The notes under the pieces are model-generated. The model ran no database searches. It was given only the letters and a program-made list of their open reading frames with translations, and was not told the origin of the DNA. A DNA stretch of 64,000 bases from Obrimoposthia wandeli (lineage: Eukaryota), in NCBI GenBank assembly GCA_977020255.1, contig CDROCS010001806.1, forward strand, positions 372,001 to 436,000, read 5' to 3'. A program made the translations under genes and the position numbers. Shown here piece by piece: positions 47,859 to 61,560 of the stretch (positions are counted from its first letter, which is position 1; the number at the start of each line of letters is the position of its first letter).

Positions 47859-50800
47859 TTAATTTCCGGATATTCTGTATGGGACACTGACTTGAGCTGA
47901 GTTACCACAAGTTGATAGGGCTCCAAGAGGGTGGTTTCTGTCGCATATGTAGCAATGAGGATAAGGGTGGGCTTCAATCCCCATATTTGAACAAAAAACA
48001 ATAGCAGCAGCAGCAGTACCTTGCATGTTGAGTGGCAGAGGAAAGATCAAAGTAGAGTGTCTGCCCGATGCCGCGATGGCGGACAGTGCAAGCAAACAGT
48101 GCAACTGCAGCGGCACTGGCGACGACAGGCAACATAGCTGATGTGCCGCCAGCTGTAGTGATTTAGCTGCTAGCTGCTCACCACGAGCAGAGATGACCTT
48201 GGCCCGTGCAGCTCTGTTGGCTTGCGCTTCTGCTGCCAGTGTGCACTGTAGTGAGGCAGGAAGACGCAGCTCACGCACCTCTAGTCGTTCCACTCGTACT
48301 CCCCACACCTCTGTCTGGGCACTCACGCGACTCTGCAGTAAAATTAGGGGTCACTATGACCACAGACGTGCAGGAACTTGTTTCTAGACAAGGGGGAACC
48401 TTTTCATGTTGGCAGGCCGCTTAACTTTGGTTGTGCTCAAATAAAACTGTACTCAAGAAATTTCAATAAGATATACTTAAATTGTTCATCTTTCTTTAAA
48501 ATCCAAATACCATGTACATACTAAGTTAAAGGAATGATAAAAATAGTTAAATCAAAAATTAATTTTAATATAACTTTTTTTAAATATTTGGATTTTTTTT
48601 CGATATAATATATATATAATATATATACTATTGTTTTAAAAATTTTCTTTAAAATTTTGAATTCATAAAATGATAAAACATATATCGTACTACAAAATTT
48701 TCTAAGTAAGAAAGTTTTGCAGAATTTGAGTTCTAAAGGTAAAATTTATAAAATTTAATTTGTGTCGGCAGTTAGTTGTTCAATGAAAAAAATATTTGAG
48801 GCAAGTGAAAGTAGAATTACGCCAAAAATTAGGGTCTCTCATAGTTGTATTAGATTTTATTATAAGGATATTTTTTGTTGCTCTACGTAAAAGTATTTAA
48901 TAATTAATATCTAAATTTTGTAGGACCCTTGATTTCAGAGGCCCATGTCAAATGACCCATTGCCCCCCTCTTCCAGGGCCTGTATATATATATATATATA
49001 GATTTTGTTATACCTTGCAAAGAAATTATAAGAAAAATTCTAGACAATAGATATTTAGTTCTTTTATTTGTGTTTAATTATTTATTTCAAATATTATATT
49101 ACAAACACTAGCTAATTTCGGTATTCAAGGTGATTCCAAAATAAAAGTTACAACTTCAATTCTTAGTGATTCACTTATTTTTAAAAAAATTTCCCTTTCA
49201 AAACAAAAAACTTATCAGTTCTGGAGTGGTCACCAAACAACTCAATCTGATAAAAACATCTGTGGGAAATAAAGTTTTCATTAATGTATTTTATATGTGT
49301 AGGAAGTTATGAGACAAACAGTGTATTATTAGCCAATTAATATTCTTGTGAGTTGTAGGAAATTAGTTTATGGTTCAATCTTTCAGAGGATACGAGATGA
49401 ATTAAAGTTGAACTAAAGTAGTTAAAGTTAACAAAATAAATTCAAAAGCCTCAAAATAAAACTTTTCATTTTCATTTTCATTAAAAGATTATAGAAATAA
49501 AAGTTGAACAAAGAAAATGGAATCTGTACAAAGATTTCTGTATTTTATAATTTGGGCGTCCATATACAACCATTTTTTGGTTTTTGACACTGAGATTATA
49601 GCTCGTTCAGAGTTTTCTGTTGACTGAATGGATCCTTGGAAAATAGGAAAAGAAAAAAAGTAATAACAATAATCATATATTTTTAATTTTAAAAGACATA
49701 TTTTCTTTCCTGGTCATATTTATGCTTCGGTAAATACTGTAACTCAGTCCTACTTTCTAAAATTCCAGAAAACAAATCCATCAAGGTCAATAACAAGTTG
49801 ATTTTAATTTTAACGAAGCGATCAATTTATATTAACAAAGGAAAATCAAGGAAACGAAAACTTAAAGCCCAAGCTTTTACTATACAAGGCTTCGTCTACA
49901 TAGTGTAAGATACTGTAGCTTAAGCTTGAACTTCATCTTAATCATATGGCTTCATCGGTGTTGTGTTTGTTACTTTTTCAAAGTATCTAATGAGTTACTC
50001 TTTATAATACACAAGAACTTGTCACTTGCCATTACTCTCCACGGATTTTCAATAGTAATGAAGTTACTTTTAGCGTTATCTTCCTAAATAACTTTCCAAA
50101 TATTTTATTTAATCAAATTATAACCAATTTTGTTATATTTAAGTAATTATAGTTTGTAGAGATTTTCATCACTCATGCCATTTTTCTTGATTGCGATAAT
50201 ATGATTTTCCGTGCTGAAAAAGGTAGCTCAGCTGATGCATTTGGAGGAAGGCAATATTTATAATGCAGAAAAGGTATTTTTATTGTTGCAAACTTTTCTA
50301 AGTATTTCAATATATTTTTCAATTGAGTCCAAAAATTAATTTTCTTCATCCTCTAAAACATTAACTGTCGTTGAAGGTCGTTGTGCACAAACAAAACAGC
50401 CGCTTTCATTTGATACAACGTTTTCTTTGGGAACCGTTTTGTTTTATCAATTGATACATCTGCTTCATTTTCCACAAGATAAGACTTTTGACCAACTCAA
50501 AATTACATTTGACGTAAATAGTTTTCACCATCATAGTTGTCTTTTAAATATCATTTCGATATTTCAATTTTTAATGCACTCATTATTTACAATATAATAA
50601 ATAAAAGTAAATACAATATACCATTATATTGATAATTTTCCAAAGTCCAAATAAAAGAAGTGAGATTATCTTCATTGATTAACTTTTAAGAATTAGCGAT
50701 ATTGCACATCAACGTCACAACAAGAAAAATTCACATATTTCAAAGTAAATGGTAACGATGGAACAGTCAAAATTTAGAAACGAGTAATGTAATATTCAAG

Positions 50801-51879
50801 AATAAAAAATAATCTGGTACGGTATATTTATAAATTTATCCCCTTAGATTAGTCAAGAGAAATTTGTTTTCACAATGTGTTTCACAAGCGCTCAAAACCA
50901 TTTTGAAAACCAATTAAAATAAAAATAATTATTGCATACACAACACACATTAGATTGACGGGTTTTAAAAACGTTGCATTAAAGCAACGTGAGCGGTAAA
51001 TAGATCAATACACATTTCATACCGTTTTACTACTTCAAACGTCTTTAGTGCACAATCTCAACCACAAGGTCAAACACTTTAATATTGATGTTGATGCTAT
51101 GCAAGAGGCGAATAGTATCGAACCATTTCAATTTTTGGCAGCAAAAATTATCAGAAAGTAAACACAAAGTAGCAAAAGTTGAAATGTTGTTTCAAATCAC
51201 TACAGTCTTGGGTTTCATTAATCCGGACTGGTTATTTGTTTTGGGTCATGTGTGGTGCAATGAGAGTGACCAGTTGGACACTAACCTTGACTGTGGCGGC
51301 CAGCAGGCTTTTGTGCTGTAGCAGAGATTCGAGGTCCTGTGAGCCAAGTAAGGCATGCAGCTCGGTTTGTGCTCGCAGCTCAGTGGCCGAGACAGGGTCC
51401 CGGGTGACGAGGGCAGCACGGAGCGGATCTATGACACGGAAGTGCAGCACAGCAGAGACAGCCAGTGGCACAGCGTCCCTCGACAGGGCAGAACCGGTGA
51501 GCTCGACAGAGCGGGTTCGAATATCGAGTACTACGAGCAGACGGTCGAGGCCAGGCAACAGAAGGATGATGCCAGGTCCCACCAGGCAAAGACGACGTCC
51601 AAGGCGCAGCACCACAGCCCGCTTGTAGACGGGGACTACACGCACCGCCAACAGCAGACTCAGTGGCAGCAGCAGCACCAGCAACAAGCAGCATAGTACA
51701 CAGAGGACCGCTTCGCACCAGCGTATGCTTCTAGCAGACTCGACTGGGCTCGGCATTGTCTGGCTAACTGGGCCAGCGCAGCCGCCATTCTCCAGCTCAC
51801 CTTGTGCCACTTCTTCTATTGGCGGAGATAAGGCCAATTGCAGCCGAGGACGCAGTCTAGACCCAAAGAGAGGCAACAG
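47859..51879 (-). CDS. Stomatin/band-7 (SPFH) family protein, host gene
   Basis: Exon 51879-51286 (YKRAVVLRLGR, GPGII..LP.LD, LDIRTRS, DAV..AV..FRVIDP) joins in phase 0 across GT-AG intron 51285-48333 to exon 48332-47859 (WGVRVER.E, AAEAQA.R.ARAKVI.A.GE, LQL, STLIFPLP). The listed start is TTG just after an AG acceptor, so an upstream exon or the Met at 51756 is needed. Confidence 0.9.
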
Positions 51880-52369
51880 CTAAACAGTGGCGAGAAAATT
51901 ATCGAATAAAACATATATATTAATATATATAAAAAAGATCAATTTCCTTGTAAATGATTGCCTATAACCCTATCATGGAAATCAATTTCATCGTATCCTT
52001 AAATCTAAAAACTTTAATTTTATAGAATAATACTATTAAATTTATGACAAATCTATGCTTAATATGTACTATATATGTTAAAAAAATTAATAGTTATAAG
52101 TTTGATAAATTTTAAATTCAATGCTAAATTAAGTCTTTTAAAAATGTAATTGTGTGTAAAAGGTTAAAAATCGTTTGTATGTTTATGTGTGTTTTTAAAT
52201 ATTCATTGTGTCGGGCTGGTGTTGTCTCCTAAATGTGGTGTGATTCTCAATTCCATGGTACAGTTATAAATGTTGGGTTTTCAATGTTTTGGACTTTCGA
52301 AGCTTGTTAGGCTTTAATTTATGTTCCGGTGTAAACTTTTTATGTTTCCATTTGACTGTGGGTTGTAAA

Positions 52370-53359
52370 TTGTAGTGGTGGTGTGTTTTCTTTTTTCATT
52401 TTTGCATAGGTAATTGAATTTGTGTTGAGATGTTGTTGACTTGTGGTATGCAGGAGAGTGTAGCAGCAATTATGTTGAGATTCCCTGGTATGTGCATTAT
52501 TTCGTAAGGGAATTGTGACAATTAATTAAATTTTCTTATTTGTCTTGATAATGGGATTTTCATATTGTTATTATGTTGTTTTGGCTTGTAGTTTGTGTAT
52601 TTTGTGAAAGGTTTGTCGATGAAAAAAATATTCGTAATGTTTGATGGTCTGGAGTATTGCTAAGAGTTCTCAGTCAAAGGTAGAGATTTTGTTTTATGTG
52701 TTTTTGTTGTTTTTGTGAGAAAAAGGCCCTAGTAGTTATATGATGAATTGTTTTCTAAATGATTTAATGTTGCTCCTATGGCATGGTTCAAAGCGTCAGT
52801 TGTAAGTTCTGTGTGTGTCTGAAGGGTTTGGATATGTTAACATTGAGACTTTGATAAGGGTTTCTTTTGTACCTTCGAAGTGTTTGATGTCATAGTCGAA
52901 TATGTTTATTTTTGTTTTTAGTATATTCGTCTAGTGGTGCAAAAATGGTGGCACATTTTTGAATGTGTTTGTGGTAGAAGTTGATCATGCTTAAAAATTG
53001 CCTCATTTATCTTTCTGTTGTTGGTGTTGGGAATGTTTTAAATACCTTTTGTCGATATTCAGTTTAATTTAGTTTTTTACTGTTGTTGTCAAGGTGTGTC
53101 CAAGGAAAGTTATTTCGTCTTTGTAGTACTGACATTTTAATTTTTTTATGATAAGGTTGTTATATTCTAATATTTTATGTGATTTTTAAGTCTTCTGTAT
53201 CTTGTTCTGTTATGGGACTTGCGATTAGTATATCGTCAATGTAGGTTGTTGTGGTTTGTGAAACATTTTGTCCATGAAGCGTTGGAATGTTGCTGGTGAG
53301 TTTTTTAAGGCGAATATCATTTTTATGTATTCAAACATTCTGAATTGAATGGTTATGAC
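52370..53359 (-). pseudogene. Degenerate Ty3/gypsy reverse transcriptase-RNase H
   Basis: FEYIKMIFALKNSPATFQRFMD, YIDD at 53243-53232, ITFLGH, and IMHIPGNLNIIAATLS. Confidence 0.85.
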
Positions 53360-53977
53360 TAGGGTCTGGATTTCGGTCACAAACCGAAAAATATCGGTTT
53401 TAAACGAAAATAGGCATTATTAAGACAATTAACCGAAATTTCGAAAATTGAAAATACAAAAAAATTAACCGAAATATACAGTATTTTTTTAAATTTTAAT
53501 TTCTTATAAAGTAAATAATTTTGTTTATATAATCTGAAATTGTAATATGAATAACTTTTTAAATAATAAGTTATTAATATTCAGAAATCTGAATGCAGAA
53601 ATCTTTAAAATCAAAATTGTTAAATGCTATTAAAGATTATGACTATTTGAAATATGATTTCGGTAAGATTTACTGTCAGTCAAGTTGGTTCACTTTAAAA
53701 ATACGCAAAAGTTATATATCCTATTCTATAAACGAGCACATAAAAAGTAGAACTCACAGATTAATTCAGAAAAGTATTAGTGATTCATTGAAAGAATCGC
53801 ACTCTAACAGAACCAAAACACAAGAATTTTATATGGATGTAGCTAAATTTTATACAATAGATGATATACCAATTGAAAAAGTAATTTAGATAATGTTTTA
53901 ACTAATTTCCTATAGGTAGGTAAAACTGGTTTCAGATATTTTGTCCTGAATATATAAATTTACCAATACCAGACCCT
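53360..53977 (+). mobile_element. Non-autonomous hAT-like element with a truncated BED-finger-type ORF (53593-53889)
   Basis: Ends AGGGTCTGGATTTCGGT / ACCAATACCAGACCCT are inverted. ORF shows IYC...INEHIKSRTH...FYMDV..F....IPIEK, as in CGGBP1-like hAT N-termini. No TSD seen. Confidence 0.6.
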
Positions 53978-55816
53978 TCTACATTGTGGAAAAATTATGT
54001 TGATGAAATTTATAAAGAGTAACAACAAAATTAACAATAAAAAGTATTCAAAAGAAAGTGGAGAATAAATATTTGTGTTTAACTTGCGGTATTTCATGAC
54101 CCTCATCAACTTTTAAAATATAATTTTTTTAAAGTTATGGCTCTCATAATATTTGATTTTACACGAATATTTAAATCAGTTTAGTAAAACAAACTGACAA
54201 TATAAAAGTAGGTCACTTGTTTAAAAAACAAAAAATTACTACCAAGACAATTAAGAAACTTTTTTTTTAAATTGTCACAATACATTTTGGAGAAAAAATG
54301 TTAAGATAATAGTATTTAGACTCAATTCTGTCAAAGAGATTCTGAGTATTACTCAAACGAAATTTGACTACAATATCTCAAGTTAATAAGATTTAAGACA
54401 CAATATCTCATTTTAATAACATCCAAACCGAGATTTGTCAAAACCGGACTCTTAAAACAGAGCACATATATCTCCCAGCTCTTGCCCCTCCCTGATGAGT
54501 CATGCACTCGGATCCATATTTCTTATCGTCGAAGGTCAAAGTGCAATTGTCTTAACATATAGCTCCAATTGATTAGGCTCCTTTATTCGAGCACACGACT
54601 CATCGGGGGAAATCTGTGATTTGTTGTGCTCCAGTGGTTGGAACGACACTTTACACTACAACTATTTCCACGTTATGGTGATTAAATTAGTCAAAATTGA
54701 TATGTTTACATAAAAACACTCTTTATGTGCCTTGGGGTAGATAAATACAACTATCTGATGACTAAGTAGGCAACGTATGATACGTTGGTAGGATGTGAAT
54801 CTATGAGCAGGAGGCAAAGGGTTGTTGAGCAGGCAAAGTAAGCTAGTCTAGCATTATTGTAAACAAGAAAATAGACAAATTCAAACGAACAACAATTTAT
54901 ACTTGGTATGTAGGCCCCCAATGCATTTAACTTTCATTTACAATAATAAAAAAATTATGTATCGAAAAATTAAACAATTTAAAAAGCAAAATAAAGTTGC
55001 ATCTAGGCGGTAAAAGGCTAAATTTATTTGATTTTATGAATACAATTTTGCTTAATTTAAAGCACGCATGACAATATACATCGTTCCTTCACTGAAAAAG
55101 TAGAACCTTTACAATTCCCGGAAAATAACTTTTCATTCCTACGGAGGCCCGTGCAAAGATAATGACAAGACCAAGCCAGGGAAGGACCCCCTTTGGATAC
55201 TTTGCAGATCGGCTTAATTCTCTGTATTAATCAGTGTGTTTCCTGTAACTCTTAGAGTGCTCTGTATATTGTTCAGACTGTAGTGTTGGTTAAACAAAGT
55301 GCTAATCGTGATAGCGCCATGATGGTATCCTGTGAAACCTTTCAACGCAATTCGACTATTTTACTAAAAGAATTACAAAGTAATATGTAAAGTAAAAATA
55401 CTTCATTTAAAAATGATTCGTTATTTCAGTAAATTACAAATGATTTTCATCAAAATATATTTGGTTTTTTAACAATACACACAGAAAAGGTTTGTTTTAC
55501 TGAAATTTAAGTAGTGCTTTGTAAATTTATTTCTTACTAATTGCACATTTATGGAACAAAATTTAAATACAATTATGTTAACATATCCTAAAGGCATTTT
55601 ATAATTTTCTGCCCAATTAAAAGGTAAATAGATCTTCAGGGAGCTTAGATAGAATGGTGGATAAAATATACTGAAAAAGAAAAATCCTGATAAAGTATAT
55701 TATACAGATCAAGAAAAAAGGTGTAAGCTCTAGTCTTTTTAGTCACAAAAATAGAAAATAACTGTAAATCTTGGAGTGGATCAAAATAGACCCGTTGGTT
55801 ACGATCCAAGGAGGTG

Positions 55817-58800
55817 TCAGTGTTTGTTGGCGAGAATCTGGGAAATTATCATTTTTTCACAGAATTTGAGCCATTGGAAGCTGAGAAATTGAGCGATTTC
55901 TTCGTGACTGGAGATGCAACACGATGAGTCTGTGTAGTCCACGCAGAACGGGGCATATTTTGGGTTTGAGAGGCAAACATGCTTTTCGGCGGCAACTTCT
56001 GCAAGGAGATCTCTCTGTGGAAGACTTACTGGTGCTGTACAATGCGTTGGTGGAGAACTGTGGCTGGAATCTATTGACGACTTTGATTCTTTCTCACAAG
56101 AACGTATAGAGTTCTTTAGTTGTTCTTCGTCTAGATTTTTAAAACCACATTTGAATTCAGGATCATAAATTAGGTCATCGTTGAAGAATGAAGCTTTTGT
56201 TTGCAAAGAAGTACTTTTTGACGTATATACCTCACTCACAGAAACGAGCCAATCATCGGTATGCTTATCCTTTCTAATCAATTCCTCGCTAAACTCAGTT
56301 ACATCTTGATCAAGGTAACGATCATCTTTATTTTTGTCAAGAGAGATTTCGGGAATATTTTTTTCTTTTTTATAGGAGAATTCAATTTTAGTTTCATTGT
56401 CCAATGGCACAGAGTCGTGTAAAATATTTTCTTCTTCGTAATTAAAGGCTTTTGAATCAATCACTAAGTTACTGGTTCCTTCTTTAGTCTTTCTAGCCTC
56501 TTTGAAATCTTTGCCCGGGCTGTTTTTAACTTTGTCTTCAACTTTTCCCAACTCCATATTTGGTCTCTTTTCGAAATTATCGTTTACCTTAATTTGTTCA
56601 TTGTTCAGTTTAATCCTTGTGTTATGATCAGAATCTGACTCTTCACTGAAAGGAACATCCCTCCGAGTAATGCTGAACTGAGTGTCGTCAAGGGTCCGAC
56701 CGGATATTATTGGACCAAACTCTATAGGCTCCATATCCGAGCTTGTGATGAGATAACAGTTGACAGAACTGGCCGTGTTGTTGTGGAAAGACGGGTGGAT
56801 AAAGCGGAAACGGTACTGCGACAGATCCAAGATGCTGTGAAGATGTGGATCCGACATGTCTTCTTTGCTATTGTCTGGTTCGTTGTAGCCACTGTCGCTG
56901 CTCTGTACAGTGTCCGTCTTTCCAGCTGCAATATTCTGCATTGGTTCGTTTATCTGGTCATCTACCGGAGTTTCTAAGTTTGTCTTGATGAACATTTCCA
57001 GGTTTATTTCAGCTCTTGTTTGAAGTTCTTTTGATTTAGAAAGCATTTTAGCTTCCCGGTCATCTGTATTTGGAACAATTTCAGTTATATTTGATTTTTT
57101 CTGTCTTTTCTTTCCATCTCGCTCTTTATTTGCTTTCTGTTCATTAGGTTTTTTAAGCGCATCTTGCACACCTTTAAGTACATTTGAATCCTGAACGTTT
57201 TCATTGTTCTTTAGTTCATAATTAGCTTCGTTGACGGTTATTTTCAGATCATCCGAATCTTCATTGATGTCCAGAAAGTTGCATTCCGTCCCAGTTGATG
57301 AATTTACTTTCGTATTTTCAATAATGTCTTCCTCGTATAGTATATCTCCTCTTTCGTTAACATAAGCACAGCTAAAGTCTCCGTTGGATAGCGCTTCAAC
57401 AACTTCTTCAGCAAAGTCCTCTTTCCCAATATCATTGTCTAAAATATCCCTCTTGTCAACAGTTTCCAAACTAGGAACAGATTTTGGTTCTTCTGCAATA
57501 GAAGAACCACAATTCTCGGAAGCATTATTTTGCTCTCTATTGTTATCAATCGTATTAGAAGATCCACAGACATCTTTCGAAAGCTTTTGGGTCGTCTTAG
57601 TGGTTCTTTGCTTCGGTTTCTTCTGGTTTTTGTTACTTTTAGCCTTTTTACGCTTACTGAGGCGTATAACTTGTTCCAATGACTTTACACCGTCTATATA
57701 GTCGCTCAAGAGGTCAACAGAGACACCAGAAATGTCCTGAAGTACAGCACCAGGCTCTTGCGTGTCTACGTCGTTCATCAGGGATTTGTGGAGGGTCTCC
57801 TTGTTGGGAGACAGATTTCGATGCATCTGTTGAGTGATAAACATTTTTTAAGGTTTTAATTAAATAAAATAAGTTTAGTTTAGATATTGGCATTAAACAG
57901 GGTCGTCTTAATGTAATACTTTTAAATTTTAAATGCGAATAATGTTTTTTAAATATGCTTTTTATAAACAATTAGGGTTTTTTTCTCGGACAGCTATTTA
58001 TCGAATTCCCCATCTGTCAATCCAGTAAGAAGGTACCGATAGGATCATCCCATGGTTGACATCGAGGACTTCGTTAGTTTCTTCTTCGACTGGGAGTTCT
58101 TCTCAAACACTAATTCCACTCACTATTAACGAAGCAGGCCACTAAACTAATACAGAACGCCTTTTGAAAATACCTTAACGTCAGGTCTATCTCTATGCCT
58201 TTGTTGGACCGTTTCAATTGCAGGTCATGCTTCACATGGAATCCATTTCTCTATTTTATGTAGACGAGTAGAGAAAACCCGCTCTCGCATAAATAAGGTT
58301 ACGGGAATTACACCAACCGGAGCAGAGTTTTGTTCGAAAGATATTCGAATTCTCCACGGGTGCTCATCGAGAATCCTTCCAAACATGAAGCCTAAAAAGG
58401 AGTCTTCGCTGCTAAATCATTTGGAATCTCAATGAAGTTCTCTTTGGATTTCAAAGGTAGATGAGCAGTGTTCAGAAATTTTTGCATGAAATCTATCCTA
58501 CGCCAATAGTTGTGGTGTACCAGTCTTCGGTATCACGTGGAATGCAGCATATGAAGCCTGCTTACCGGGTACCCCCCTCTCTGGAGCTAACAGTTGATGC
58601 CAACCGAGGTAAAACCCAATTCAATGCAGCACTGCTCATATTTCCGTGTTTCTGTGTCGGTTTCCAATTGTCTCTTCTTCATAACGAATCAGTCGGCGTG
58701 TAAGCAGTGAATTGGACAGTTTTCGATGAGCACCGTTGACTAGCTAGTTTGTTAATCGAGACTAAAATCCCAAGTATCATAACGGCACCCATAACCCATT

Positions 58801-59785
58801 TCTGCTGCACACCCTTTGGGAAACCCGGCCCTAGCAGGATCCTTTGTCACCTTTCCAGAGGTCAGATGATGAAGAGTTAAGCGCTTTGAATCCGTATCAT
58901 CAGCTAGTTCGAGTGGCAAACGGAGTCACTACATATAGTAAAGATTGACTCTAATTGTCGTATTTCACATATCACCATATTCGCTTGCTTAAAGGTTACG
59001 TGAAATTAAATACAAATGTTTAGAGAGTGTTAAATTTTGAGATAATTTGTTATTTCATGCCCAAGATTGGTTACATAAGTAAGCTTTAATTAGCCAAAAT
59101 GAAATGCTTTATAAAAATTCTTTACACTTTCATCATTTACATATTAACCAAAACACACTCATATCTCAAAAACAACGCAGAACTGCTTACCTCTTCTCCC
59201 GAATTTGTACCAACTGATTTGTCTAAACATTCCCTCGTAAATTTCAGTACAAATACCAAAATCTCACCTGATTTCTGCAGTATTCGCTGTTGTTTCTCTG
59301 AAATACTTTGTTGTGAAATGGCGTCTATTCTGTTACCACAAAGAGTTCCATTCAATTGAAATCTATCCACCTTCGGGAGTTTATAGTTATCATGGGTCAA
59401 AGCTTCCCTTGAGCCAACACTAACTTCCTTTATCAACTCTATGAATTGGGCACCATTATCTTCACTGCACACATCACTGACTTCACCTGATAATTCCACC
59501 TTTTCGTCATATATGACAGAACAGTCATTCATTGGTACCCGCTTTTTCTCAATCTTGAAGGATTCATCACTCTTTTGTCTTACAGAGATAATTTGTAATG
59601 GTTGATTCGGAAATCGATTACTTCCCAATTTAAATGTATCAACTGTATTATCTTCATTTTCACTTAAATAATCAGAAGATATAATTGATTCTGTATCGGA
59701 AACATTGAAAGAACAATCATAATTAATTAATTGATTATAATTTTTAATTTGACTATTTAAAAAATTAACATTATATTGTATATCA
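55817..59785 (-). CDS. Host gene, last two visible exons of a large acidic low-complexity protein of unknown function
   Basis: Exon 59785-59191 (TTCAG acceptor, GTAAGC donor) joins in phase 0 to exon 57826-55817 (CAACAG acceptor, stop at 55817); upstream exons not identified. Confidence 0.8.
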
Positions 59786-61205
59786 CTGAACATCACAAAA
59801 ATCACATATGTAAAATATTTTTATTTCAAACAAAACGCGAGATTCCATAGTAAATATAAATATATACAATCCCTAGAGCTACCAATGAAATTCAATTGCT
59901 ACATAAACTTTAAATCAAACCATTATTTACCAAATAAATGGATTAAAAAGATTCTAAATAAACTAATTTGTATTAACTTGAGAAACGTATACTGAAATTA
60001 AATTTTTAGGGATTTAAAAATGTAAATACAATTTTACCATATATAATATATGAATTATTTTTGAAAGCATAAACGTTTATGCTACTGCAAAATAACGGTA
60101 GTATGAATGAATGTGTCAGTAACCTCTTTATTTTATAAAGCTACAATAATTGATTTTGTAAATTAACTAATTTTTAACACATTGAACCAAACATTCAAAA
60201 AGCAATTTAAAGAATGTTTCTCTAGAAACCATTACACCAATTAGGAAAAAGTTCATAATATATATATATTTATAAAACTTGTTCGTTGTTATTGAAGAAA
60301 GTATTTAATTCCTTTGTATCATCAGAAAAAACGTTTATTTAATTTGATACACATTTAGAATATATGTAAAACTTTTATGTACGATTTTTAAATTTCCAGA
60401 TATATATTCTATTTTTGAACAAGCAATTCTTAAAAACGAACTTAAAAATTTCAAAATTTATCCAAAAAATATTATTATTTTAAAATTTAAATGCATAGTA
60501 AAAATAAAACTTAGTTCATTATTCGAGTTTTCATTCTCAACTATTTTATGTGAAATCGGTCAAATAACAATACATTGATCATAAGTTTCAGGTGTTTTAA
60601 ATGAAACTTTTCAAAAAATTTAAAATCTAAAGTAATTTTCATTGTTTGTCGATATCTTTAATGCTATAATTAGATTATTTAAACATATCAAAATACAAAA
60701 AGTATACAAACTTAATTTTTATTTATTTTCATTCTTGTAATTAGATTTAGCATGAATATATATAATTTTCATATCTTTAGCAAAATTAATATTTTATTAA
60801 AAATACCATTAGAATAATAATTGTTTAAGATTAATATTAGTGAACAATAAAGAATCAATATATTTTATACTATTATGATGATCATCATTAATAATTAGAG
60901 CCATACATTTCTCGCTAGATTTATGTATATTATAATTTATTTTACTCTTCAAGTTTGAGTATTTCAGAATGTGATGCATGTCATAACACATCAAATTGTG
61001 ACATACAACAAATAATGTTGGCGTCTTTGAATATTGACGATTAAGATTGCATTTATTACGAGCTGCATCCCTATATTTACTGCTAATATGATCAAAATCG
61101 CAAATTTATTAAGGTTATTTCTTACACAAGAGTAGATAGATGTGTCCAGTTCCGTTCAAACCGGGGGGTCTTTGTTCCGAAGTGCCACATCTACCTACTG
61201 ACTTG

Positions 61206-61560
61206 TTTTTTCAAACTTGAATAACTTTTTATCTAAAGGTCGTATTGACTTGCGGACTTAACTATTGGATAGCCCATTGAACTTTGCAGATGGTTCTTCG
61301 AAGGTTAATCCTCAAGGGTCTGACCTTTAAGGGTTAAAACATTTAAACATGTTATTTTTCCTTCTATTTATAGTATTATATTTTCTAACTTGAATAACTT
61401 TTTATCTAAAGATCGTATTGACCTGCGGTTTCAACTATAGGATAGCCCATTGAACTTTGCAGGTGGTTCTTCGAAGGTTAATCCTCAAGGGTCTGACCTT
61501 TAAGGGTTAAAACCTTTAAACATGTTATTTTTGTACTTTTCAAAGTTATATATAATAGGC
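61206..61560. repeat. Tandem ~180-bp duplication within a larger repeat (to ~61730)
   Basis: AACTTGAATAACTTTTTATCTAAAG...GGTTAATCCTCAAGGGTCTGACCTTTAAGGGTTAAAAC twice. Confidence 0.9.

Noticed and set aside
51179-51718. Several overlapping ORFs on the stomatin exon
   Set aside because: Alternative-frame or antisense products of a GC-rich coding exon.
54490-54540. CTGATGAG suggesting a second hammerhead
   Set aside because: No correctly placed GAAA or stems II/III on either strand; the opposite arm has CCGATGAG...GAAT, a broken core.
57990-58960. GC-richer block in the host-gene intron, possible LINE remnant
   Set aside because: No RT or endonuclease motif could be read with confidence.
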